A stretch of DNA of 64,000 nucleotides from Myxococcales bacterium. Its GTDB lineage: Bacteria; Myxococcota_A; Polyangia; Palsa-1104; SHYY01. Both the position numbers and the translations under genes were made by a program. This document shows positions 1 through 8,396 of this stretch, in pieces. Position 1 is the stretch's first letter. Each line of letters starts with the position of its first letter. The DNA lies in NCBI GenBank assembly GCA_009692555.1, contig SHYY01000002.1, forward strand, positions 19,158-83,157. The letters run 5' to 3'. Under the pieces are notes generated by a model. It made no database searches, had not been told where the DNA came from, and saw only the letters and a list, made by a program, of their open reading frames with translations.

Positions 1-1
1 G

Positions 2-295
2 GTGCCGAAGGGCCGCCAGGTCTTCCGCAAGGTGGGCACGCGCGCCGCGCAGGCGATCTCCAAGGTGGTGATGGCGGCGATCGGCCACCGCACCGCCTGG
101 GGCTCGGTGGCACCGACGGTGGTGCGGGCGCACAAGCTGGAGGCCTACCTCGACGGCGGGGGGCGCGATCTTGCTGCGGCGCAGCAATTGCTCGGCGACG
201 AGATCCACCCGATCGACGATATCCGCTCGACCGCCGCCTACCGCCTCCGCGTCGCCAAGAACCTGCTCGCCGAGGTCATCCCCGCGAACCGGTAG
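2..295 (+). CDS. 3' end of a molybdopterin-dehydrogenase FAD-binding (medium) subunit, CoxM/XdhB-like; 5' end lies outside the window
   Basis: ORF open from the window edge. C-terminal DDIRSTAAYRLRVAKNLL resembles the CO-dehydrogenase flavoprotein C-terminal domain. Stop TAG at 293-295. Confidence 0.6.
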   Translation: MPKGRQVFRKVGTRAAQAISKVVMAAIGHRTAWGSVAPTVVRAHKLEAYLDGGGRDLAAAQQLLGDEIHPIDDIRSTAAYRLRVAKNLLAEVIPANR

Positions 296-488
296 GAGCC
301 TGTTGGGGTAAGGCGCCGTAGCGAGGCTGCCGAGACCGAGGCCAGGCCTGGGCCCCCGCCGCAGGACGGGGAGGCCGCAGGCCGAAAAGCGACGACGACG
401 GACTGCTTTCTGCAATCCGGAGGAGGAGCGACGAAGAATGGCCGAAGGGATCGGCGGCCGCAGTAGGCGCATTACCCCAACAGGCTCC
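295..488. mobile_element. 194-bp MITE-like element (family A) with 17-bp perfect terminal inverted repeats GGAGCCTGTTGGGGTAA
   Basis: 295-311 is the exact reverse complement of 472-488. Flanked by TA on both sides. Sits between convergent genes, and its left end overlaps the TAG stop of the upstream gene. Its internal core resembles the core of the family B element. Confidence 0.7.
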
Positions 489-500
489 TACGCCAGGCGG

Positions 501-989
501 CTACATCCCGGCGACGAACAGCCAGCGGTGACCGTTGTAGGCGAGGTCGAGGCGCTTGTCGTTCTGCTTGCGCTCCCAGCGGTCGCCCATGTCGGTCGCG
601 ACCTGGAAGCTGGCGTCGTAGCGGATCTCGATCTGGGCGCGCGTGCCCTTGACCTCGATGCTGCGGTACTCGACGTTGAAGCGCAGCGAGCGCAGCGACT
701 GGAGCCGGGTGGCGATCACCTTCTTCAGCCCCTCGTAGCCGTAGTCATCGTCGCCCTTCGGGGTGCCGGAGTCCTCGAAGTAGCTCGGATCGGCCATCGC
801 CAGCAGCGTCGGCGCGTCGCGCTCCTCGAGGGCGCGGCGGTACTTCTCGCACACTTGGAGCAGATCGCGGTTGGCCCTCGAGTCGGCGACAGTGGTGCCG
901 GGGATGGTGTGGACTGCCGCGCAGGCCGGGCCGAGCGCCAGCGCCAACGCAAAGGCGAAGTAGAACGGTGCGAGGCGTCGGATCAGCAC
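501..989 (-). CDS. hypothetical secreted protein (N-terminal signal peptide)
   Basis: 162-aa ORF with a hydrophobic N-terminus (FYFAFALALALGPACAAV) and normal amino-acid composition. The overlapping plus-strand 298-aa ORF is low-complexity shadow. Confidence 0.7.
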   Translation of the reverse strand: MLIRRLAPFYFAFALALALGPACAAVHTIPGTTVADSRANRDLLQVCEKYRRALEERDAPTLLAMADPSYFEDSGTPKGDDDYGYEGLKKVIATRLQSLRSLRFNVEYRSIEVKGTRAQIEIRYDASFQVATDMGDRWERKQNDKRLDLAYNGHRWLFVAGM

Positions 990-1090
990 GTTTTCCAGCT
1001 CCTTGAGTCGCGTATCCAGGCCGCGGAACGGACCTTTATTCCCCGCCTCTTACCACGCCCGGCCCCCGGCCGCGAGTTTCAGCCGGGAAC

Positions 1091-1178
1091 AGGATGGGGC
1101 AGGATGAGGACAGGTTGGGGCAGCTTGGGGGCAGCTTGGGGCAGCTTGGAGGGCAGGCTGGGGACAGGGTTGGGGCGG
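1091..1178 (+). repeat. G-rich degenerate tandem array (CAGCTTGGGG / GGTTGGGG units), G-tracts on the plus strand
   Basis: Read directly: caggatgggg caggatgagg acaggttgggg cagcttggggg cagcttgggg cagcttggaggg caggctgggg acagggttgggg. A second short array (CCGGTTGGGG x3) lies at 1364-1400. Confidence 0.8.
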
Positions 1179-1363
1179 GTGCTTAACAGCGGAGGGGGCC
1201 CTCTTGCTCGTCACGTAGTCGTAGTCGTAGTCGTAGTCGTAGTCATGCTCACGCGCATGTGCCGGAGAGGTGATCCCCTGCGCGAGAGTGCCCCTGAATC
1301 GACTACGACTACGACTACGACTACGACTACGTGAGCGGAGGGACCCCCTTCTCCGTTAAGCAC
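1179..1363. mobile_element. 185-bp imperfect palindromic element (family D, copy D1) whose arms end in hexamer arrays (GTAGTC)5 / (GACTAC)5
   Basis: Left arm 1179-1244 (GTGCTTAAC...(GTAGTC)5). Right arm 1301-1363 ((GACTAC)5...GTTAAGCAC). Central 56-nt loop. The right arm matches 49324-49380 at 56 of 57 positions. Confidence 0.8.
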
Positions 1364-1493
1364 CCGGTTGGGGACCGGTTGGGGCCGGTTGGGGCAGATC
1401 GGTTGACGAACGGGTGTCCGGCGGCTAACATTGCGACCCTCCCTGTCTTCCCGCGGGGCCCGCGCAAGCTGCCCTACACGAAGGTGGTGTCCC

Positions 1494-3113
<1,620 letters not shown>

Positions 3114-3127
3114 CGATCGCTCCTCTC

Positions 3128-3811
3128 ATGAACGGGTTTCACGCTGCCGCGGTCCGCCACGCCTGGGACGAGACCGCCGATCTCCGCGGCCTCCGGCTCG
3201 ACGTGGCGCCCGAGGTGCTCGGCTCGCACCGTCGGTCCGGTCAGTATCTCACGCTGCGCGTCGGTGCCCAGGAGGGCTTCTTCGCGCTGGCTTCGGCCCC
3301 GGGGCAGTCCACCGAGCTGCTGGTGAAGCGCGGCAGCGCGATCGGCGATGCGGTGGCGGCGCTCGCGGAGGGAACGGAAGTGGAGACCTCCGAGGTGGAG
3401 GGCAAGGGCTATCCTATCGAGGAGAGCGCGGGAGGCGACCTGCTCCTGTTCGCGGCCGGGTCGGGGATCACGCCGATCCGCGCGGCGATCCGCCAGCTAC
3501 TCGCAACCCGGGAGCGCTTCGGGCGGGTGCTGCTCTTCTACGGCCAGAGGCGGCCGGGCGACTTCGCCTACCGAACCGAGCACGCCGACTGGGCGCAGGC
3601 GGGGATCGAGCTCGTGCCGGTGGTGTCGCGGCCCGACGGTGCGGAGTGGAGCGGCGCCACCGGGCACGTGCAGGACGCCGTGCTGGCGGTTCGCCCGTCG
3701 GTGGAGCGGGCGACGGCGCTCCTGTGCGGGATGAAGGGGATGGTCAGCGGCGTGACCGCGGCGCTCGGCACGCTCGGGCTCCCTCGGGAGCGCGTCTTCC
3801 TGAACTACTGA
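3128..3811 (+). CDS. ferredoxin-NADP reductase-like FAD/NAD(P)-binding oxidoreductase
   Basis: 227 aa. GQYLTL (FAD-binding RxYS-like) and LLLFAAGSGITP (NAD-binding GxGxxP). Terminal LNY. Confidence 0.8.
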   Translation: MNGFHAAAVRHAWDETADLRGLRLDVAPEVLGSHRRSGQYLTLRVGAQEGFFALASAPGQSTELLVKRGSAIGDAVAALAEGTEVETSEVEGKGYPIEESAGGDLLLFAAGSGITPIRAAIRQLLATRERFGRVLLFYGQRRPGDFAYRTEHADWAQAGIELVPVVSRPDGAEWSGATGHVQDAVLAVRPSVERATALLCGMKGMVSGVTAALGTLGLPRERVFLNY

Positions 3812-4293
3812 TGGGTTGCCGCTCGCTGGTCCTGATCGTCGCCGGGCTGCTCGTGACGCGGACGGTGGGCGCCGAAGAGGCCGTGGTGGTGGAGACCCCG
3901 CCTCCCTCGGCGGTGATCGTGGTGCCGGCGCCGCCCTCGCCACCGACGGTGGTATTCGTGCCGCCGCAGATCGACACCGAGGACCTCGAGCGGCGCGGCC
4001 GGCAAAAGAAGCGGATCGGCGGGATCTTGATCGGCACGGGTTCCGCCGCGATGGTGCTCGGGATAGTCGCCACTGCGATCGGTGGCGCGCTCGACTCACC
4101 AGAGCGGAGCTACACGCCGCTGTGGGCGATCGGCGCGGTGACACTCGGGGCCGGCGCAGCAGTGGTGATGACCGGGATCGGCTACTACCTCGTCGGTGGC
4201 GTGCAGATGCAGCAGGCGCGGCGGATCCCGGGCTACCTCTCGCTCGCATCGCTCCCGTCGGGCGCACTCGCCTCCTGGCACCTGACGTTCTAG
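3811..4293 (+). CDS. hypothetical membrane protein (signal peptide, Pro-rich linker, two C-terminal TM segments)
   Basis: ATG 3811 overlaps the TGA of the upstream gene (TGATG). Only the last 160 codons of the 581-aa track ORF look real (MGCRSLVLIVAGLLV...). Confidence 0.65.
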   Translation: MGCRSLVLIVAGLLVTRTVGAEEAVVVETPPPSAVIVVPAPPSPPTVVFVPPQIDTEDLERRGRQKKRIGGILIGTGSAAMVLGIVATAIGGALDSPERSYTPLWAIGAVTLGAGAAVVMTGIGYYLVGGVQMQQARRIPGYLSLASLPSGALASWHLTF

Positions 4294-4479
4294 TGTCCCG
4301 ACACAGAAGTTCGCAGTAGAAAAAGGCCGCGCACTGCCGCGGCCCGGCGGCAAGTGCCACCGTGCGCAGGGGTGGGGACCCAGGCGGCTTTGCCGACGGG
4401 GCGGGGCGGCACGCCCCGTGGGATCATGGCTAGTGTTCTGCTGAGAAATTCTGCAAGAATTTCTCGGACAGGACACTAG
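4290..4479. repeat. 190-bp intergenic palindrome-ended element (family C) with CTAGTGTCC / GGACACTAG ends and a GC-rich core shared with 16462-16535
   Basis: The 9-bp terminal inverted repeats contain the TAG stop codons of both convergent flanking genes. Internal hairpin GAGAAATTC-TGCAA-GAATTTCTC (4443-4465). Core 4362-4425 recurs near 16.5 kb. Confidence 0.65.
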
Positions 4480-5570
4480 CCGAGCGCGCCGCCGAAGAGC
4501 TGGCAGTCGAGGATGCGCTCGATGAACCAGAGGAGCGCGAGCGCCGCGATCAGCGACGAGCCGCCGAGGCGGACCACGCGGTCGTAGCCGAAGCGGCGGC
4601 CAAGGACGAGCGTCAGCGGCGCGCCGACGAAGACCACCCCGGCGAGCGGAATCGGAGAAACGCCAAAACTGCGAAAGAGCAGGAAGGTGGCAATCACGCC
4701 GCCGGCCGCCGCCGCGATCTCCCACGGGCGCACCCGCACCGCCTTGCCGCACAGGGCGAGCAGCGGCAGCACCGCCGCCACCACCGCCAGCTGGCCCGCC
4801 TCCACGCCGACGTTGAACGACACCAGCGAGAGGAGGAGTCCTTTCTCCGGCAGACCGATCTCCTTCAGCACCGACGCGAAGCCGAACCCGTGCACGAGCC
4901 CGAAGCCGAAGGTGAGCAGCCAGCGGTGGCGCGGCGCGCGATGGCGCAGGTTCTCGATGCCCACCCAGGCGATCGAAATCGCGATCGCCGGCTCGACGAC
5001 GCGCGTCGAGAGCGCGATGTAGCCGAGCGCCGAGGCGATCAGGGTGACCGAGTGGGCGAGGGTGAACGCCGTCACCACCACCAGCACGCTGCGGAAGCCG
5101 CGGCGCAGACCCGCCTGCCCGGCGATCACCAGGAGACCGAACAGGAAGGCGATGTGATCGTAGCCGGTGAAGATGTGCTCCACGCCGAGGTGGAGGTAAT
5201 CGCGCACGTGATCCGAGACCCCGAGATCGCGACGGATCTGGAGCGTGCGGGCGGCGGCGCGGAACACCTGCTCGCGCCCCTCGTCGCTGCCGTAGGCGAT
5301 GCGCGCGATGCCCTGGTGGCGCGGGTCGAGGTCGAAGAAGAGATCGTAGCGGATCTCCGCCTCCTCGATCGTGCGCGGGCAGCGATAGGTGAGCTTGGCG
5401 GCGGCGAAGAAGCCGTCGGTCTTGTCGACGAAGGTGAGGTCTTCGGGCTCGCCCGGGCACTCCGCGCCGCGGGAGCGGATGTGAACGTGGGCGCGGACGT
5501 AGTCGAACAGACTGCCGCGGCCGGCGAGCACCTCGTCGCGAGTCACCGGGCGATCCTTCTCGACGCCCAC
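4476..5570 (-). CDS. HupE/UreJ-family membrane protein with a large N-terminal extracytoplasmic domain; true start probably lies upstream (see findings)
   Basis: HSVTLI and GLVHGFGFA motifs, multiple TM segments. The track start is GTG 5570, but the in-frame upstream sequence encodes a signal peptide. Confidence 0.8.
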   Translation of the reverse strand: MGVEKDRPVTRDEVLAGRGSLFDYVRAHVHIRSRGAECPGEPEDLTFVDKTDGFFAAAKLTYRCPRTIEEAEIRYDLFFDLDPRHQGIARIAYGSDEGREQVFRAAARTLQIRRDLGVSDHVRDYLHLGVEHIFTGYDHIAFLFGLLVIAGQAGLRRGFRSVLVVVTAFTLAHSVTLIASALGYIALSTRVVEPAIAISIAWVGIENLRHRAPRHRWLLTFGFGLVHGFGFASVLKEIGLPEKGLLLSLVSFNVGVEAGQLAVVAAVLPLLALCGKAVRVRPWEIAAAAGGVIATFLLFRSFGVSPIPLAGVVFVGAPLTLVLGRRFGYDRVVRLGGSSLIAALALLWFIERILDCQLFGGALG

Positions 5571-5748
5571 CGCCTCGTAGAGGTCCGACGACGCGATCTG
5601 GAGGGTGTACTCGACGTGGCTGCCGGCAACGACGATCTCCGAGTAGGCGACCGACGACTGGTGGGCCCGGGCGGGCGCGGCGAAGGAGAGCGGCAGCGCC
5701 AGCGCGACGAGCCCTGCGAACGCGGGCGCGCGGCGCAGGGAGGCGGCC

Positions 5749-6051
5749 CTAGTTGGCGCCGTAGGAGGCGGCCTGGCGCTGCACGGTCTGGTAGAACGCC
5801 TGCGGGTCGACGTTCAGCTTCAGGCCCAGCACCTGCGTCGAGAGGAAGTAGATCGCGGCGAGCGCGAACATCAGCGCCGCCAGCGCCGCCACGCCAAGCA
5901 GCCCGGCGACGAACAGCGCCGCGACGGTGCCGCCCGCGACGGCGATCCGGACGATCGCGTTCTGCTCCTGGACGATCGGCGGCGAGAAGAGAGCGAGGCC
6001 CGTCTTGCCGCCCGCGAGCACCTGCTTGACCCAATCGAACGGATTTTGCAT
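5749..6051 (-). CDS. small hypothetical membrane protein
   Basis: Start set at ATG 6051 (MQNPFDWVKQ...). Two hydrophobic segments. The upstream 12 codons of the track ORF run toward a repeat element. Confidence 0.6.
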   Translation of the reverse strand: MQNPFDWVKQVLAGGKTGLALFSPPIVQEQNAIVRIAVAGGTVAALFVAGLLGVAALAALMFALAAIYFLSTQVLGLKLNVDPQAFYQTVQRQAASYGAN

Positions 6052-6104
6052 CGACCAGAATCTAGCGGATCGCGGCCGGGAATTCAAACCACCCGCTCAG
6101 ATCA

Positions 6105-6295
6105 GGGCCCGCGAATGGACAACTCAGTCGCCCTCGCGGCCGATCCATCCCGGCAGGCTTCGGGGGGCTTGCCCCCCTTCTGTAGTCTTGGGGGGAAGCT
6201 CCTCCGTCAAATACAGAGAGTATTCTCCGTCGTCGCGCCTCGCCATCCGGGCGCCTCGGCAGCGATCATCGATCGAGTTGTCCATTCGCGGGCCC
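6105..6295. mobile_element. 191-bp MITE-like element (family B, copy 1) with 21-bp perfect terminal inverted repeats GGGCCCGCGAATGGACAACTC
   Basis: 6105-6125 is the reverse complement of 6275-6295. It differs from the inverted copy at 59826-60016 at 3 of 191 positions (manual alignment). It abuts the stop codon of the 6296-6976 gene with no spacer. Confidence 0.9.
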
Positions 6296-6976
6296 TTAGC
6301 GTTCGGGATCGCCCTTGCCGGTGGGAGCGAGCGCGATCGTCGGGCGGTGGCCGATGAGGACCAGCGGCGGCGCGAACTTCTGGGCGAGCAGCGCGGCGAT
6401 GCCCTTCTCGTTCGGCAGGCGCGCGTCGAAGTCCTTCCAGATGCGGCGGTCGCCGCGGCAGGAGTAGGTGCGGCACGCCAGCGGCCGCTCCTCGTAAAGG
6501 CCGCAGAAGTGCGTGGCGCGGTCCTGGTGGACGCATCGTCCGTCGTCGCCGTGGAGGATGAAGTAGGGGCGGCCGAGGTCCCAGCGCACCATGCCCTCCT
6601 CGACGTCCTGGGTCGAGAGCGGCACCTGCATCGAGCAGCACGCGCCGCGGCAGAGCGCGAAGCGAGCACCGCAATCGACCTCCGCGTTGTCGGCGGCGTG
6701 CTTGTCGCCCGTGTCGGTCTGCACCCGGGCCCGGGTGACCCGCGAGGACTCGTCCGCCTCCACCTCGGCGCGCGCGCGCTCGACCCGGGCGCGCACCTCC
6801 GCGCCGTCGAGGAGCCCCTTTTCGACCAGCAGATCGACCAGCGCCAGCACCGTCGCCGCGAGCTCGAGGAGGTTGGCGCGGTTCTCGCCAAGCTCGGTGT
6901 TGGTTCGCAGCAGGCCGCGTTCGATCAGCCGATCGAGCGGCGCCGTCGACGGTGATTTTTCGGATCCCTCCGCCAT
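6296..6976 (-). CDS. YkgJ-like cysteine-cluster (putative Zn/Fe-binding) protein
   Basis: 226 aa. Cys clusters CGARFALCRGACC and later C..C motifs (HFCGLY, ACRTYSC) typical of UPF0153/YkgJ-type proteins. Confidence 0.7.
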   Translation of the reverse strand: MAEGSEKSPSTAPLDRLIERGLLRTNTELGENRANLLELAATVLALVDLLVEKGLLDGAEVRARVERARAEVEADESSRVTRARVQTDTGDKHAADNAEVDCGARFALCRGACCSMQVPLSTQDVEEGMVRWDLGRPYFILHGDDGRCVHQDRATHFCGLYEERPLACRTYSCRGDRRIWKDFDARLPNEKGIAALLAQKFAPPLVLIGHRPTIALAPTGKGDPER

Positions 6977-7007
6977 CGCGTCCTCCTCGCTCGCCGGACC
7001 CCTCGGG

Positions 7008-8303
7008 TCACAGTGGCAGCGTCACGTAGTAGGCGAACTGGCCGCGCCCGACGAGCAGCACGGTGTCCTGATCGGGCGGCAGCTCGCCGAGCGCCTCCTG
7101 GAAGTCGGCGGCGCCGCGGACTTCGCGCGAGCCGAGCTGAAGGATCGCGTCGCCCGGGCGGAGGCCGATCCGGTCGGCGATCGATCCGCGCGCGACCTTG
7201 GCGACCATCGCGGCGCGCCCGCCCCCGTCGCTGACCTCGATCCCGAGGCGCCGCCGGATCCGCGCCGCCTGCTCGCGCGGATCGAGGCCGCCTGCCTTCA
7301 GCTTGAGCGCGCCGCGGGTGGTCTTGAGGAGCACCTCATCGCCGGCGAGGACGTGCGCAGTCCGCTCGAGGTAGCTCTGCAGGTCGGGCGTCGGCGCGTC
7401 ACCCACCCCGACGATCATGTCGCCCGCGCGCAGCCCCGCAGCGTGCGCCGGGCTCCCCTCCTCGACGGCAACCACCACCACGCCGCCGCGCGCCGGTCGC
7501 GCTTCGAGACCGAGCCAGCCGTGGCGCACCCGGCCAAAGCGGAGCAGATCATCGACGATGGCGCGTGCGCGATCGATCGGGATCGCGAAGCCGATCCCCG
7601 GGCCGCCGCGGTGGACCGCGGTGTTGATCCCGATCAGCTCGCCGTCGAGGTTGACCAGCGGCCCGCCGGAGTTCCCGGGGTTGATCGCCGCGTCGGTCTG
7701 GAGGAAGTCCTCGTAGACCCGATGGGGGGTCTTCACCACGCGGTGAAGCGCCGAGACGACGCCGGTGGTGACGGTGTGGGCGAGGCCGAACGGGTTGCCG
7801 ATCGCGATCACCGTCTCGCCGACCATCAGGTCGCGCGCGGTCCCGATCGCCACCGCCGGGAGCGCCTGCCTGGTGATGATCTTGAGCACCGCCAGATCGA
7901 ACGAGGCGTCCGCGCCGACGAGCTGGGCCGGCAGCTCGCGCCCGTCGCTGAGCTGCACCTTGATCCGCGCCGCGCCGGCCACCACGTGCTCGTTGGTGAT
8001 CACGAAGCCGCGCGGATCGACGATCACCCCCGAGCCGAGCGAGGTGCTGCCGGAGCGCGGGCGCCCGGGGAGGTCGAGCTCCTCGGGATCGGGCAGCCCG
8101 AAGCCGCCCTGGAATGGGCTCTGGCGCGGCCGCTCCTCGGTGAACACCGCCACCACCGCCGGGGCCACCTTCTCGACCGCGGTCACCACCGGGGTCCGGC
8201 GGGGCGAGCCGGGGGGCGGCGCGGCGGCGGCCTCTGGGTCGAGCCGGACGAGCGCGACGAGCGCGAGGAGAGCAGGGACAATGCGGACGATTGGGCGAGT
8301 CAT
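7008..8303 (-). CDS. HtrA/DegP-family periplasmic serine protease with two PDZ domains
   Basis: Only the last 431 codons of the 1133-aa track ORF are real. Start ATG 8303 (MTRPIVRIVPALLALVAL signal). Catalytic motifs TNEHVV, DLAVLK, GNSGGPL. Confidence 0.92.
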   Translation of the reverse strand: MTRPIVRIVPALLALVALVRLDPEAAAAPPPGSPRRTPVVTAVEKVAPAVVAVFTEERPRQSPFQGGFGLPDPEELDLPGRPRSGSTSLGSGVIVDPRGFVITNEHVVAGAARIKVQLSDGRELPAQLVGADASFDLAVLKIITRQALPAVAIGTARDLMVGETVIAIGNPFGLAHTVTTGVVSALHRVVKTPHRVYEDFLQTDAAINPGNSGGPLVNLDGELIGINTAVHRGGPGIGFAIPIDRARAIVDDLLRFGRVRHGWLGLEARPARGGVVVVAVEEGSPAHAAGLRAGDMIVGVGDAPTPDLQSYLERTAHVLAGDEVLLKTTRGALKLKAGGLDPREQAARIRRRLGIEVSDGGGRAAMVAKVARGSIADRIGLRPGDAILQLGSREVRGAADFQEALGELPPDQDTVLLVGRGQFAYYVTLPL

Positions 8304-8396
8304 GGGTGCGGGGACTCGACGGGAAGGCTCCGCCAGAGCGCCCGGTGGTGTCAAGCGCCCCTGGGTTGTGACCAGGGATGTGACACGATTCTCCCG

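Noticed and set aside
1215-1330. Hexamer arrays (GTAGTC, GTCGGC, GTTTCC) as a possible CRISPR array
   Set aside because: The units are 6 nt and contiguous, with no unique spacers. The arrays form the two arms of palindromes or lie inside a coding sequence. There are no cas genes in the window.
1091-1400. TTGGGG-type repeats as telomere-like sequence of a linear replicon
   Set aside because: The array is internal, degenerate and only about 90 bp long. It is flanked by ordinary genes on both sides, so it is not a chromosome end.
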